From positions 1-27,194 of the IMG/VR virus record IMGVR_UViG_3300014656_002088: a stretch of 27,194 nt of DNA. One strand, 5' to 3'. The number at the start of each line of letters is the position of its first letter. Within the stretch, counting starts at the first letter, position 1. The translations under genes and the position numbers were made by a program. The notes under the pieces are model-generated. The model searched no databases. It was not told where the DNA came from and saw only the letters and a program-made list of their open reading frames with translations. This document shows, one piece after another, positions 14,722 through 25,000 of this stretch. The stretch is from a virus. Its lineage: Duplodnaviria > Caudoviricetes.

Positions 14722-17151
14722 TTAAATCATAAAAGTATTAATTGTTTTTCTAACGGTAGAAGGAGTAACTTGATTTAGAGTTGTAGTTGATTCTATAACT
14801 GGTGCATTTATTTTCATTTCCACGGCAGCAAGAACTGAATTCGGAAGAATGCTCTTCATACAATAATATTGATTACTACAAGAAGCATAAATACATCCGA
14901 GACAAGCTAACTGTTGATTCACGACTGCAATTGCATTTGGATATCGATTAATTCTACATCCAGGAGGCATACTTCCGAATAAAGAAACTGTCTTAAAATT
15001 TAAAGCTCCGGCAAGGTGAAGCATCATACTATCGGGGCAAACAAGAACATCAGTTGCTTTCATAACCGCAGCGGCTTGTCTTATTCCATAATCAAAAACT
15101 AAATTAGTTCCAGCAATCTTCCAATCATTTGCTGCACCTCCCCATTCATATAAGAAACAAAAATATCCTTCTTGGTGCGCGCGATTTAAAAATTCTCTAA
15201 TCTGATAGTGAGGCCAAGATCTTTTAGGATCTCTTGATCCTAGATGAACGGATATTAAACCTTTATACTTTTTATTATTTAAAGCAGCTTTGACGTAATT
15301 TTCTCCCCAAACTCTTTCGTCTTCAGTCATTACATAAATAGGCTGATAATTGCCAAAGAGAGGAACTCCGGAAGCGTTGGCGAAAAGATCAATTCTATTA
15401 GGAGGAATCGTATACGGTTTTTCATCTGAAAGACCAACCCTTGTGATATCTGAAAAAGCATCATAATCATCTCGATTAATTAATTTATAGTCAATCACTT
15501 CATCGATATATGGATTGTTTTCTAGAAGAGCAACTAAATCTCCACCAGCATAATCAGCCGGAACGGCATAAGTTAAATGAGAATCAGGGAACTTGGTTTT
15601 AAATCCCCGAGAAATAGGAGTGGCCATAATAATGTCACCAAGCCCGCCAAGAGAATTATGAACTACTTGATTCTCTGCGATAAAACTAGAGTGATCAGAA
15701 ACCCCGATATCCCAAACGTCTACTTCCTTATCAAGAATATCCTTTTTAATAATTTCACTAATATCATATCGAACTCCGTCGGAACCCGTAATTCTCTGAT
15801 GATTCGAAGCTCCTTTATGATGAAAAGTTCGCGCCTTTAAAGATCGAGAAGTTCCACGAATTAATCTTTGATTTTGATTAAAATTAGATATTCTCGGAAA
15901 AGAATAATAAATTTTTGAGTTATTTCCAAACTGATTTTGAAGCCAATAATATAAAGAAATTAGGTATGGACTTATATTATCAAAAGATATGGCACCACTA
16001 TTACATATCCACCCATCTGATTGAATGAGACCATCAAGTAGCCCTCTTAAATATTCTTTATTATTAAAAAGAAATTCTGGCGGAAGTTTCTTCTCTATCT
16101 TTTTTCCGAAACCTAGAAGCATTTTTGCGATTGGTATTGAATAAAAAACAACCTGAACACATTTAGAGGTCTTACTTTTGTATTCTGAACAAGTTAAACC
16201 AAACAGATCATTTACTATTCTTTTGATTTCTTGAATCTGATCTTTGTAATTAGAATTTACTGCAATAGAAATCTCTCCACTACTAATTAGCTTTTTATTA
16301 TATCGAAGACGCATAGAGCCGTCTCCTAAAACCAATCCAAAAAATTTACCTAAATTATATCCAACTAAAATATTTCGTTTTGTTTTAGTTACATAATTAA
16401 GCTTATCTAATTCCTCTTTTATTTGAAAATGAATTGATCTAGTAAATTTAACTCTATTTCGACTGACCTCCGCTACTTGCCAATAAGAAGCATTTAATTT
16501 AGCCGCGATCTCTCGAAAAGAAGATTCGTAAGATTTTCCAACAGAAAAAATTTCCGTTTCAGAAACTTTACTGTTACTATTTTCGGGAAGATAAGCTGCT
16601 AAATCAATTTGTTCTTGATCAATAAGTTGAAGTTTAATATCAGAAGGAAGCAAAGGAAAAGTCTTTTCATTTAATTCTATTGCCGGAATCCAACGAATTA
16701 AATCCTTCGCATATTTTTTTCGGGCAAAATAAGAAATTCCTTTTCCTTTCGGAATTTCAAATTCTCGAAGATCTAACACTAAGATCAGATGTTCTGGAGT
16801 ACAAGTAATATAATCTAACATCCTTGTACTACGAAAGGAAACAACCTTATTTGGTCGTCCGCTATAAGTTTTACTGATAACTTTAGTTGGATCTCCTTTC
16901 ATGTTAATTACGAAATCCCCTAAATTTACATCCTTGATTTCTTTAAGGGAACCATCAGCCATTAAAAGTTTAGTATCGCCTGCTAAACATCTATAGATGC
17001 AAGCTCTAGCTTTACCAGATAATAAATTATCTAATCGTTTAGTAGAGGAGGCAACTGAAATTCTTTGAGAACGATGAGTAATTATTTTTGGTCCACTAGA
17101 CGCGCTTTTCGGAGGATTACCTCTGACTAGTACTCCGTTTTTTAACCACAT
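14722..17151 (-). CDS. Glycosyltransferase family 9 (heptosyltransferase-like) interrupted by an intein (809 aa precursor, about 364 aa spliced)
   Basis: IYR|SLGGLGDIIMATP, LLENNPYIDEVI, KRSWP, DVLVCPDSMMLHLAGALNFKTVSLFG, C-terminal CLGC...C...CM. Confidence 0.9.
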   Translation of the reverse strand: MWLKNGVLVRGNPPKSASSGPKIITHRSQRISVASSTKRLDNLLSGKARACIYRCLAGDTKLLMADGSLKEIKDVNLGDFVINMKGDPTKVISKTYSGRPNKVVSFRSTRMLDYITCTPEHLILVLDLREFEIPKGKGISYFARKKYAKDLIRWIPAIELNEKTFPLLPSDIKLQLIDQEQIDLAAYLPENSNSKVSETEIFSVGKSYESSFREIAAKLNASYWQVAEVSRNRVKFTRSIHFQIKEELDKLNYVTKTKRNILVGYNLGKFFGLVLGDGSMRLRYNKKLISSGEISIAVNSNYKDQIQEIKRIVNDLFGLTCSEYKSKTSKCVQVVFYSIPIAKMLLGFGKKIEKKLPPEFLFNNKEYLRGLLDGLIQSDGWICNSGAISFDNISPYLISLYYWLQNQFGNNSKIYYSFPRISNFNQNQRLIRGTSRSLKARTFHHKGASNHQRITGSDGVRYDISEIIKKDILDKEVDVWDIGVSDHSSFIAENQVVHNSLGGLGDIIMATPISRGFKTKFPDSHLTYAVPADYAGGDLVALLENNPYIDEVIDYKLINRDDYDAFSDITRVGLSDEKPYTIPPNRIDLFANASGVPLFGNYQPIYVMTEDERVWGENYVKAALNNKKYKGLISVHLGSRDPKRSWPHYQIREFLNRAHQEGYFCFLYEWGGAANDWKIAGTNLVFDYGIRQAAAVMKATDVLVCPDSMMLHLAGALNFKTVSLFGSMPPGCRINRYPNAIAVVNQQLACLGCIYASCSNQYYCMKSILPNSVLAAVEMKINAPVIESTTTLNQVTPSTVRKTINTFMI
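15655..16989 (-). mobile_element. Intein in GT9 (aa 55-499, 445 aa) with LAGLIDADG endonuclease
   Basis: N-terminus CLAGDTKLLMADG, block B CTPEHLI, motifs FFGLVLGDG and LLDGLIQSDG, C-terminus VWDIGVSDHSSFIAENQVVHN|S. Confidence 0.95.
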
Positions 17152-17695
17152 TTAAAGCATTCCTTTCGTCGACAGCTTTAATCCAATCTTCAGCAAACCA
17201 ATTCAGAATTACCTTTTTAAAGGGCCAAGGAAACAAATAAGCTGACCCAGTTAAATTTCTTAGATAAGTCTTTCTAGAGGAATCCTGAACCTCTGTCGTT
17301 ATTCCATAATACTCTATTTTCGCTTTCATCGATTCGGCGAATGCTTCTCGTTCAAATTTTGCTCTAAAATATGCTAATCCAATTGGGAAGAAGAGGAATA
17401 AGTAAAGGATAATCATTCCAATTAATCCGTATTTCTGGAATTGTAACAAATGAATTCTCTCGTGACGAAGAGTAATCATTTGATGGTGACTATTATAACA
17501 ATTCCAATCTTCTGCAAGCCAAATATTCGTTCCGATAGTCTGGGTAAAATTAAACCATTTAAGTTTTTTTATGAACGGAGCTTTGAAGATTAAATTTAGC
17601 CACCACGGTTTTCTCTTTCCAATTTTTAAAGATGGGAACTCCTTCTTTAATTGAATCAGGTAAGAAGCTACCGTCATTGAGTTAATTAATTCCAT
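17117..17695 (-). CDS. Putative HExxH zinc metallopeptidase with one hydrophobic helix
   Basis: TQTIG..IW, LRHERIHLLQ, a hydrophobic stretch, then FEREA (candidate third ligand). ATG at 17695 directly follows the upstream stop and is preferred over 17716. Confidence 0.65.
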   Translation of the reverse strand: MELINSMTVASYLIQLKKEFPSLKIGKRKPWWLNLIFKAPFIKKLKWFNFTQTIGTNIWLAEDWNCYNSHHQMITLRHERIHLLQFQKYGLIGMIILYLFLFFPIGLAYFRAKFEREAFAESMKAKIEYYGITTEVQDSSRKTYLRNLTGSAYLFPWPFKKVILNWFAEDWIKAVDERNALNVVKKRSTSQR

Positions 17696-17696
17696 G

Positions 17697-18086
17697 TTAG
17701 TTCCATACTCGAACAATTACCGTACCTACTACAGCAGTAAATTCAATATTAGAAATTGCTCGATCAGTAATATTAATTATCTCGCCAGCAGTCATATCCT
17801 GAGCGGGAATATCTGGATTTAAACAGATTGCTTCATTCGCAAAATCATAGGCTACAATGCCATAACGTTTAGCGTCTTCATTTAAAGGAAATCGACGAGA
17901 CATCGAATTAATTTTAAACGAACAACTAGAAGCTGCTAGAACTTCAACCTGAACGAAAGCCGCTGGACCTCCTAAAGAAGAGGCTAAATCAAGTACATCA
18001 TTTGTTGCAAATTCAGAAAGAGATGAATTAAAAGAAAGACCTCTTGTCGTAAAGAACTTATCTGTTCCTTTTTTTATAACTGTCAT
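17697..18086 (-). CDS. Hypothetical beta-rich protein, possibly virion-associated
   Basis: 129 aa with a strong AGGAGG SD, immediately downstream of the tailspike-like gene. No motif recognised. Confidence 0.7.
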   Translation of the reverse strand: MTVIKKGTDKFFTTRGLSFNSSLSEFATNDVLDLASSLGGPAAFVQVEVLAASSCSFKINSMSRRFPLNEDAKRYGIVAYDFANEAICLNPDIPAQDMTAGEIINITDRAISNIEFTAVVGTVIVRVWN

Positions 18087-18094
18087 AAATCCTC

Positions 18095-19906
18095 CTACAG
18101 ATTATGAGCTAGATCATTACCAGTTCCTATGTTGGTATATGTTCCAGCAGCAGTAGCTCCACCATCAAAAAAATTATTCCCAACAACACTATTATAGTAA
18201 GTTGTAGCAGATAGATCTACTGCCGTCGTCCATCCAGCGGTTCCAGTAACGTCAGTAATTCCTCGATTATTATTAATAACTCCATAACTCGTACTATCAA
18301 TCGAGATGGCTGTTGTTCCTAGTCCTCCTAATGTAGCTAGAAGTTTATTATCTGTTATGGAAAATTTTTCACATCCGATAATGACAATTCCACTTTCTAT
18401 CGGATATCCATCGATTAAGGATCCATCAATTACAATCTCAGATCCATGAATTGATGATTCGGAAGCATCTGGACCAAATAATCTAACCGCCGAAACAGCT
18501 CCTGCTCCAAGAGAAATAAAAGAATGATCAACACTAATATTTCCATAGGAAAGCAAACAATAATCACCACCGGAAAAAGAAGATCCTCTAACGATTAATG
18601 GGACTTCGGTAGATTCATGAAAAACTGCCGAACAAGAATTTCCGCCTCCAGATAAATTAGCTCTAACTCCATCAACAAAGCAATCTTCTAGAATTACCTT
18701 ATCTTGTATTACTGAACTAGGAACCAAAAATCCAGCAATAACCAGTATATTATTAGATGCCCATCCGGCCCAGTTAGCCATAAAACTTATATGAACATTT
18801 TTACAAACAGAACCCCGATTTAACTCAATAACTCCTCCAGTTGTTGTCTGAACAATAAGACCAGAAGCATCATCTAATTCGGCAATAAAAACGTCCTCTA
18901 GATGAGAATCTCCCGCTCCCATTGTAAATGCGCGAGGATCAGTTAAAAGAGGGAAAATTATAACTTGTCTCCATCCTGCCCCGATAACTTTTACTCCTGC
19001 TGGAATAGTAATAGGCCCTGTCGGTCCATCAGGTAAATTAAAGTTATAATAACCAGGACGAATATAAACATCGGTACCATCTGTTGCTGCTAAAATAGCA
19101 ACTCTTAAAAGATTTCCGTTCCCTGTATCAAGATAATCACAATCACTAGAAGTATCGCCTGATAAAACGTTTCCAACAACTATAGAAGGAGCGGCACGTA
19201 CTATTGGTAAAGTTCCAATTGTAATTCGCTTCTTTGTATAACTATCAGCAGCGTCTTCAATTACCAATAAATCTGAAATTGTAGGAGAGGATTTTAACGT
19301 AAGTCCTGAAATTTCGGCAGCAGTATCAGTATGAATTGCATAAGCATCATGTCTACTGAGTGAACTTACACTGATTACTCCCGAACTAGAAGCGGTCGCT
19401 GAGATCGAAGTCCCATCAAAAATAATCGATCTAACATCATCTTCAACTAAATTTGATACTGAAATTGAATTGTTATAAGCAGAAACAGGTATCTCCTGAT
19501 TACTCGTATTAATTTCTTTTCTTAATAAATCAATTTGAGTAGTTAAATCAGTATATAAAGAAGAGAATACTTCTTTAATAGTTTTGGGTCGACTTCGTCC
19601 AGAGATAGAATACCAAAACCTTCCACTATCTTTTACCGCAGAAGCTGCAATATCAACGAAAAGGTTCGCGCCATCTAAACCATTTATTCGAGGATTAATC
19701 GTATTATCTGGGAGATTCCATCGAGATTCACTTTTACCTTGGGGTAAAGTTGATAAGACTGGATATACTTCAGCATTATATTCAGTTATAAGTTGAGATA
19801 AATCACTTTGTAATCCTTTCAGATTATCGGTAATTTGTTGTAATACATTAACGGAACCAGAAAGATTAAGAATTGAAACGGTTCCAGAGGATCGTAATCT
19901 TTTCAT
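18095..19906 (-). CDS. Tailspike/tail fibre-like protein with pectate-lyase-type parallel beta-helix (putative receptor-binding protein/depolymerase)
   Basis: N-terminal coiled coil and a linker DLLVIEDAADSYTKKRITI. The beta-helix entry DGTDVYIRPGYY...ITIPAGVKVIGAG is followed by Asn/Gly/Ile-rich rungs (ITDNKL, INNNRG, VVGNNF). Confidence 0.72.
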   Translation of the reverse strand: MKRLRSSGTVSILNLSGSVNVLQQITDNLKGLQSDLSQLITEYNAEVYPVLSTLPQGKSESRWNLPDNTINPRINGLDGANLFVDIAASAVKDSGRFWYSISGRSRPKTIKEVFSSLYTDLTTQIDLLRKEINTSNQEIPVSAYNNSISVSNLVEDDVRSIIFDGTSISATASSSGVISVSSLSRHDAYAIHTDTAAEISGLTLKSSPTISDLLVIEDAADSYTKKRITIGTLPIVRAAPSIVVGNVLSGDTSSDCDYLDTGNGNLLRVAILAATDGTDVYIRPGYYNFNLPDGPTGPITIPAGVKVIGAGWRQVIIFPLLTDPRAFTMGAGDSHLEDVFIAELDDASGLIVQTTTGGVIELNRGSVCKNVHISFMANWAGWASNNILVIAGFLVPSSVIQDKVILEDCFVDGVRANLSGGGNSCSAVFHESTEVPLIVRGSSFSGGDYCLLSYGNISVDHSFISLGAGAVSAVRLFGPDASESSIHGSEIVIDGSLIDGYPIESGIVIIGCEKFSITDNKLLATLGGLGTTAISIDSTSYGVINNNRGITDVTGTAGWTTAVDLSATTYYNSVVGNNFFDGGATAAGTYTNIGTGNDLAHNL

Positions 19907-22020
19907 TATTTTACCCTAACTCGATAATAAGTTATTATTGGAGTTTTGTCAGATAGACCCTGTAGAACAGCCTTTATCTGAATTTTATCGAAAGCTTCAA
20001 ATCTTTTTGTATAAAAAAATCTCACTCTCTCATTCTCATGATTTGGACGAGAAGAGTCAAACTTTAATAAAACGATTGTATTAGATCCACTAATTACATC
20101 AAGAGCATAAATTGATAAATCAATAGCGGTTCTAGAAAAGTCATATTTTCCAATGTGGCGACTTCTATATTGACAATATTCATCAACTCCTAAATAAATC
20201 TTTTCACCATTCCAAGTCGTAGGATAATTAAATCCTTCTATCATATATTTATGATTATAGGGATATAAAGGATCTCTTGCTTTTAATTCATTTAAAGAAG
20301 TAATAGAGCTTCCAGACAGTGTTCCCCAATTAGCTCTATCAGTTTTAAATTCATGATACCCAGAATTTACTTGAACTATCCCAGAAACAACTCGTCCATC
20401 AATAACAGCTTGACTACGCCCAAAATCAAAGATAAGTCCATCTGGGTTCTTGATTAAGAAAGTACAGTAATAAAGACTATCTGATTCTAATCCCCAGCCA
20501 CATTCAATATCTCCTACTTTTAGATCTTGACTAATAGCGGGAAATTTTCCTGTGCTATATCCTGTATTACGGAGCAAAACTAAATCGGATAATTTTTCAT
20601 CACTGACATCTATATAAAAATTACAGGAGGTATCAAAACCACTATCAAACGCATAATTAAGTGGATTAGTTCCGTTAAGTCTCATAACATTAAGAGACTC
20701 TACGTTAATTGCTGGATTAAAAATAGTTAATAGATCTTCAGAAGATAAACTATTAGGGGCCGTAAAATCGATAACCGCAGGATTCGAATTTTCTTCTCGA
20801 CTCAGAGGAGAGATTTGAATCCAATCTGTAGATACGATTCCGTCATAAGCTTTTAAATAATATCTTAAAGATGTACCCTCGGGGACTTCTTCGCAAACTT
20901 CAAGTGAAGCTCTTCCGAACAAAACATCCTTATCAGCTAAAATCGGAACTAAAGGTTCCGAAACTAGAGTATCCCCTCCCTCCGTCACGATAAATTCTTC
21001 CGAGTAAACTTTTAAACGATCGAATCCGAAATCATAAATATTCTCAGTTGTACCGGTAATATCTGGAGCTGCTTTCGAAACGATGAATTTAATCCATAAA
21101 ACTTTAGTTAAAGGAAATCTCCATATAAAGTTTCCTGTACCAGATTGAACGGGCGATTCAGAAGGAACGTTTGCCCAAACATAGCCATCTGTACTAAATT
21201 GAGCTGCGATGACAGAACTAGTACCAGCAGTAGAATCTGAAGGTAATAAAACGATCTTTGAAATTTCGGTTTCTTTAGAAAGCTTAAGTTTCAATTCACC
21301 GACAATTGACTTAGTGGCTTTATTAGAACTTTTAAATTGATCAGGAGTAGAGGTTTCGATTTCTACTCCCCATCTATTGTTTTTATCAGAGAATAGATTA
21401 TTAAGATTACTGCCTGCGGTCTTAGAAGAGAATCTAACGTTACTTGATTCTATAATTGCCCAGCTAACTTGAGATGAAAGTAAATCTATTTGAGTCCCTT
21501 GAGAAGAACCACTTGCTTCACTCCTATCAATATTGAGAGTAACTTCTCCAGTACGAGTATCGATATTAGCCGTAGTTTCTTGATTCACTTTTTCAAGTGA
21601 AAAGAACCCATCTTCAACAAAAGAAACAAATCCAGCAGAATCAGATTTTAAAAGAATTAAGGATTCTATTCTTAATTTTAATCTTTCTACCCGCGTCTCA
21701 AGACTTTTTGAACGAGCACTCCATTCTCCTAATGTTGTAATACCTAAATCAGTAATAGCTGTAAGAGAACGGAGTAGAACATCTAAATCATTACCAAGTA
21801 AGTTAATTACTTCATTATGTTGAGAAGCTGAAGATTCGGCCCATCTCTGAGGAAGGACAGCTCCGTTTAAACTTGATTTAACTAGGTCTCCATGCTTTGA
21901 TTCGGCTAGAGAATAAGCTTCTTGTAATTGTTCAGAAGTAGGAATCACTCCATCTTCTAACCAAGATAAAAGAGTTTCTTCAAAAAGTCGAATAGATCTT
22001 TGTTCTCTAATATGTCCCAC
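19906..22020 (-). CDS. Putative virion structural protein (baseplate/tail-associated), paralog C
   Basis: 704 aa. Helical N-terminus, IDTRTGEVTL, discoidin-like beta-sandwich, C-terminal TPIITYYRVRVK. GTG start in a TAGTG overlap. Confidence 0.6.
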   Translation of the reverse strand: MGHIREQRSIRLFEETLLSWLEDGVIPTSEQLQEAYSLAESKHGDLVKSSLNGAVLPQRWAESSASQHNEVINLLGNDLDVLLRSLTAITDLGITTLGEWSARSKSLETRVERLKLRIESLILLKSDSAGFVSFVEDGFFSLEKVNQETTANIDTRTGEVTLNIDRSEASGSSQGTQIDLLSSQVSWAIIESSNVRFSSKTAGSNLNNLFSDKNNRWGVEIETSTPDQFKSSNKATKSIVGELKLKLSKETEISKIVLLPSDSTAGTSSVIAAQFSTDGYVWANVPSESPVQSGTGNFIWRFPLTKVLWIKFIVSKAAPDITGTTENIYDFGFDRLKVYSEEFIVTEGGDTLVSEPLVPILADKDVLFGRASLEVCEEVPEGTSLRYYLKAYDGIVSTDWIQISPLSREENSNPAVIDFTAPNSLSSEDLLTIFNPAINVESLNVMRLNGTNPLNYAFDSGFDTSCNFYIDVSDEKLSDLVLLRNTGYSTGKFPAISQDLKVGDIECGWGLESDSLYYCTFLIKNPDGLIFDFGRSQAVIDGRVVSGIVQVNSGYHEFKTDRANWGTLSGSSITSLNELKARDPLYPYNHKYMIEGFNYPTTWNGEKIYLGVDEYCQYRSRHIGKYDFSRTAIDLSIYALDVISGSNTIVLLKFDSSRPNHENERVRFFYTKRFEAFDKIQIKAVLQGLSDKTPIITYYRVRVK

Positions 22021-25000
22021 TATGACACCTTAATATCTAAAGCTCTTACTAAAGGAGAATAGTAAGGAGCTAAGTCCAATGTTCGAGTAACTTCCGGTTG
22101 ATATTTATAATTAACCATTAAAAAGTTCTGATTAATACCAACCGCTCCTGTTAAAACTGTAATCTTAGACTCCTCTGCGTTAACTAAATAATCCTTCTCT
22201 TTAGTTAGCACAGAGGAGATATTATAGGAAGTCTTATAGCGAGTATATTTAAAAGAGATTTCTTTGGTTAAATCAGCCGCTAACAATGGTTGAGCAAAAT
22301 GAACAATTCCTGTTGAGGCATCAATCGAGAAAGATCCTTTCATTCTTTCTGTAGATAATACATCGGCATATTGATAAGAAACTGTGATAGTTTCGATAAA
22401 AGGAATTCCAGGTGACCCAATATTTAAGTAGATATATCCAACTCCATCTCCAGCTATTCCAGTAGCATCGAAGAAATAATCACCAAGAATAGTACAACCA
22501 GCTAAGCTCGACTTCTCTTCAATAAAATAAGTTGTTGTATCACTGAAAGAAGGAGAACTCGTTGGAATTAATGTTTGCCAATGAGTTAATCTAAATCTAA
22601 CGATACTATTTATATCTGAGATAAGAGAAGGAATCGACTCGTCTTGTATTTTCGCGCGACCCAAAAATTCAGTTCTTCCATCTATAAAGGGAATTTCGTA
22701 GGCTCGATATCCACCAATTTCTCCATCCTCAATCTTAAAACTTTTCTTTACAATACCTTTAATAATGTCACTAGAAATACTAATTAACATACTGGTATGT
22801 CCAGCAGTTGCATGAGTACCAATAAGAGAAGAGTCGCTTAATGTTTTATATCCAGACTCATAAACTTCAATCTCGTCTAATGTTCCTTCGACGAAATTCC
22901 AATCATCTAAACTAAGATCATAAGAATCTTCCCACCAATAAGAAGCCGTATATTCTTTATTTGCTTCAGTCGCCGTCCATAAATAAATAATTCCTTCCTT
23001 CGCATCAACTGTCCAATCTCCATCTGCTAACAATTCTGAATTTCCATTAATGAATGGTTTAAAGTTCTGGAAAGAACCTGATCCAGGAGGAGTTGAATCT
23101 GCACTACTTGTAGAGAATACAAACCCTGAAGCATTTCTAATTGAAACTTTAAATGGATGAAACGTTCCTCGATAAGCTTCTCCAACAAGAACATTCTTTT
23201 TTTGAAGGTTAATTTTAGTAGCAAGAGAAGGAAGAGTTTCAGTTGGTCCGACAAACACTCCACTAAAAGAACGAATTATAGTATTCTCCTTTATTCCGTC
23301 AGAAGGATATTCAAGTTTTAATTTATATGGTGCGGCGAGACCTTCTACGACTGAAGCTTCTTCAGCTAAATATAAAGAAATTTCATCGGCGGAAGAAGGA
23401 ATACTTCCAGTAGGATTTTCAGCTTCTCCGTCGCCAAAAACAACTTCCCAATCTCCAGCTTTACCTGAATCTGGAGAAAGATTTCTTTCGATTACATACT
23501 GCCTATCCCAAAAGTAAGAAAAGTTAGCAGTAGTCGCGACTCTTGACCATAAGATATTATTAACAAAGAGATAAATCGTAGAAGGATCTTTTACATATTG
23601 TAACGGCAGTTTTAACCGTAACTCAATATTACCTTGTCTAAAATATCCACCTCCAGCAGATTCCGTAATAGAAGAAGGGACTCCATAACCTAACACTGTT
23701 TTTGGATATAATTTTCCGCGCGAACAAACTTGAGGATCACAAATTGTAATTGTATCCTCGATTGGTTTATGAAATAGATTTATAACGAACGGTCTTCTAG
23801 CTGACCAAGGCACCTTTTCACTAAAAGATTTAGTAGGAACATCTTCCGTCTGCTGAGCAAAAGCCATCTCGTCTTTAAATAGATGAAGTTTATATCGCAG
23901 AGAGGTTACTTCAGTTTCTGGATATAACACTTCTGGAATATTTAAATCAGACTCATCTAAAGAACGAACCTGGCTCCAAGAAGAACCGTCATCAAATGAA
24001 ATAAAATAATCTGCGCCTCCAACTTCCCTTGGAACAAAAGGAGGATCAATTAAACTTGAAATCCCTAACGCTGAAATATTTTTAGTAAAATTAATGGGCT
24101 TAGAAACTAGTTCTCCAACAGCAGAATACTTATGACCATAAATTTCGATTTCTTTAATAGCAATTACATATCTAAATCTTCGTACATCATAAATATCATT
24201 TATCGGAAAAGCTGAAGTTTGATTAAAAGAAATATTTAAAAATTTAATAAACCTTGGAGCAAAGGTAATATTAAACTCTCCTGAAAATCTCGAAGAGTGA
24301 GGAGACAAATGATATCGTTCCTCAGGATCTTCATCTAAAAAATCAGCAACCCGCACTTCGTCTTTTAACGAAATCCAATCTCGTCCATCTGATGAAACTT
24401 TAATTTCAGATATAGAGTAAGGAGTTCTGGCTCCTAAAAATATCGGATGGATTTTAATACCATTAACTGGCTGAACGTCACTTAATTTTATTTTAAGTTC
24501 AAGGGTTAATCCCTCAAGATCTTCTGCATCTACGACTCGTTCATATTCGGTCCAAGTATCAATGTTTCCATCGTATATCGCCTGAATCGATCCTCTTGTA
24601 GGAGTACCAGCTTCAACGTTACTTCCTAATACACCATTAGAATAAGATCCAACTTCAACGGTTTCAATCTTCCAAATATCTGATCCACTGATACGTGGTA
24701 AAGAGACCGTTCCTTCGGCTAAATCGATAAAACATTCTTCTTGACCAAGGAGAGAACTTCCTCGATCTAGATCAACTTCCGTAGAAAACGTTTCTCCAAA
24801 ATGTAGAGTGTTTCCAAATTGGGTAGCATATAAAGCATAGGTAGATAAATGTCTACGGCAATATTTAATTCCTGCTTGTAACGTACGTATTCGAGCTACA
24901 GCAAAATTAAAGTTCTCTTCGGCCATTTCAGCTGTATTCTTTACCGCGTTTAAGAGATAACTAATTTCGCTATAAAGACCTAGCAAATAAAGATTAAGAG

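Noticed and set aside
2644-17151. Ordinary chromosomal O-antigen/capsule locus
   Set aside because: No priming transferase, flippase, polymerase or chain-length gene in the window. Both flanks are phage-like and the genes carry inteins.
23027-23263. Minus-strand 78-aa ORF nested in the 1066-aa gene
   Set aside because: Leu/Gln-rich composition typical of an alternate frame. No lipobox, so not a nested o-spanin.
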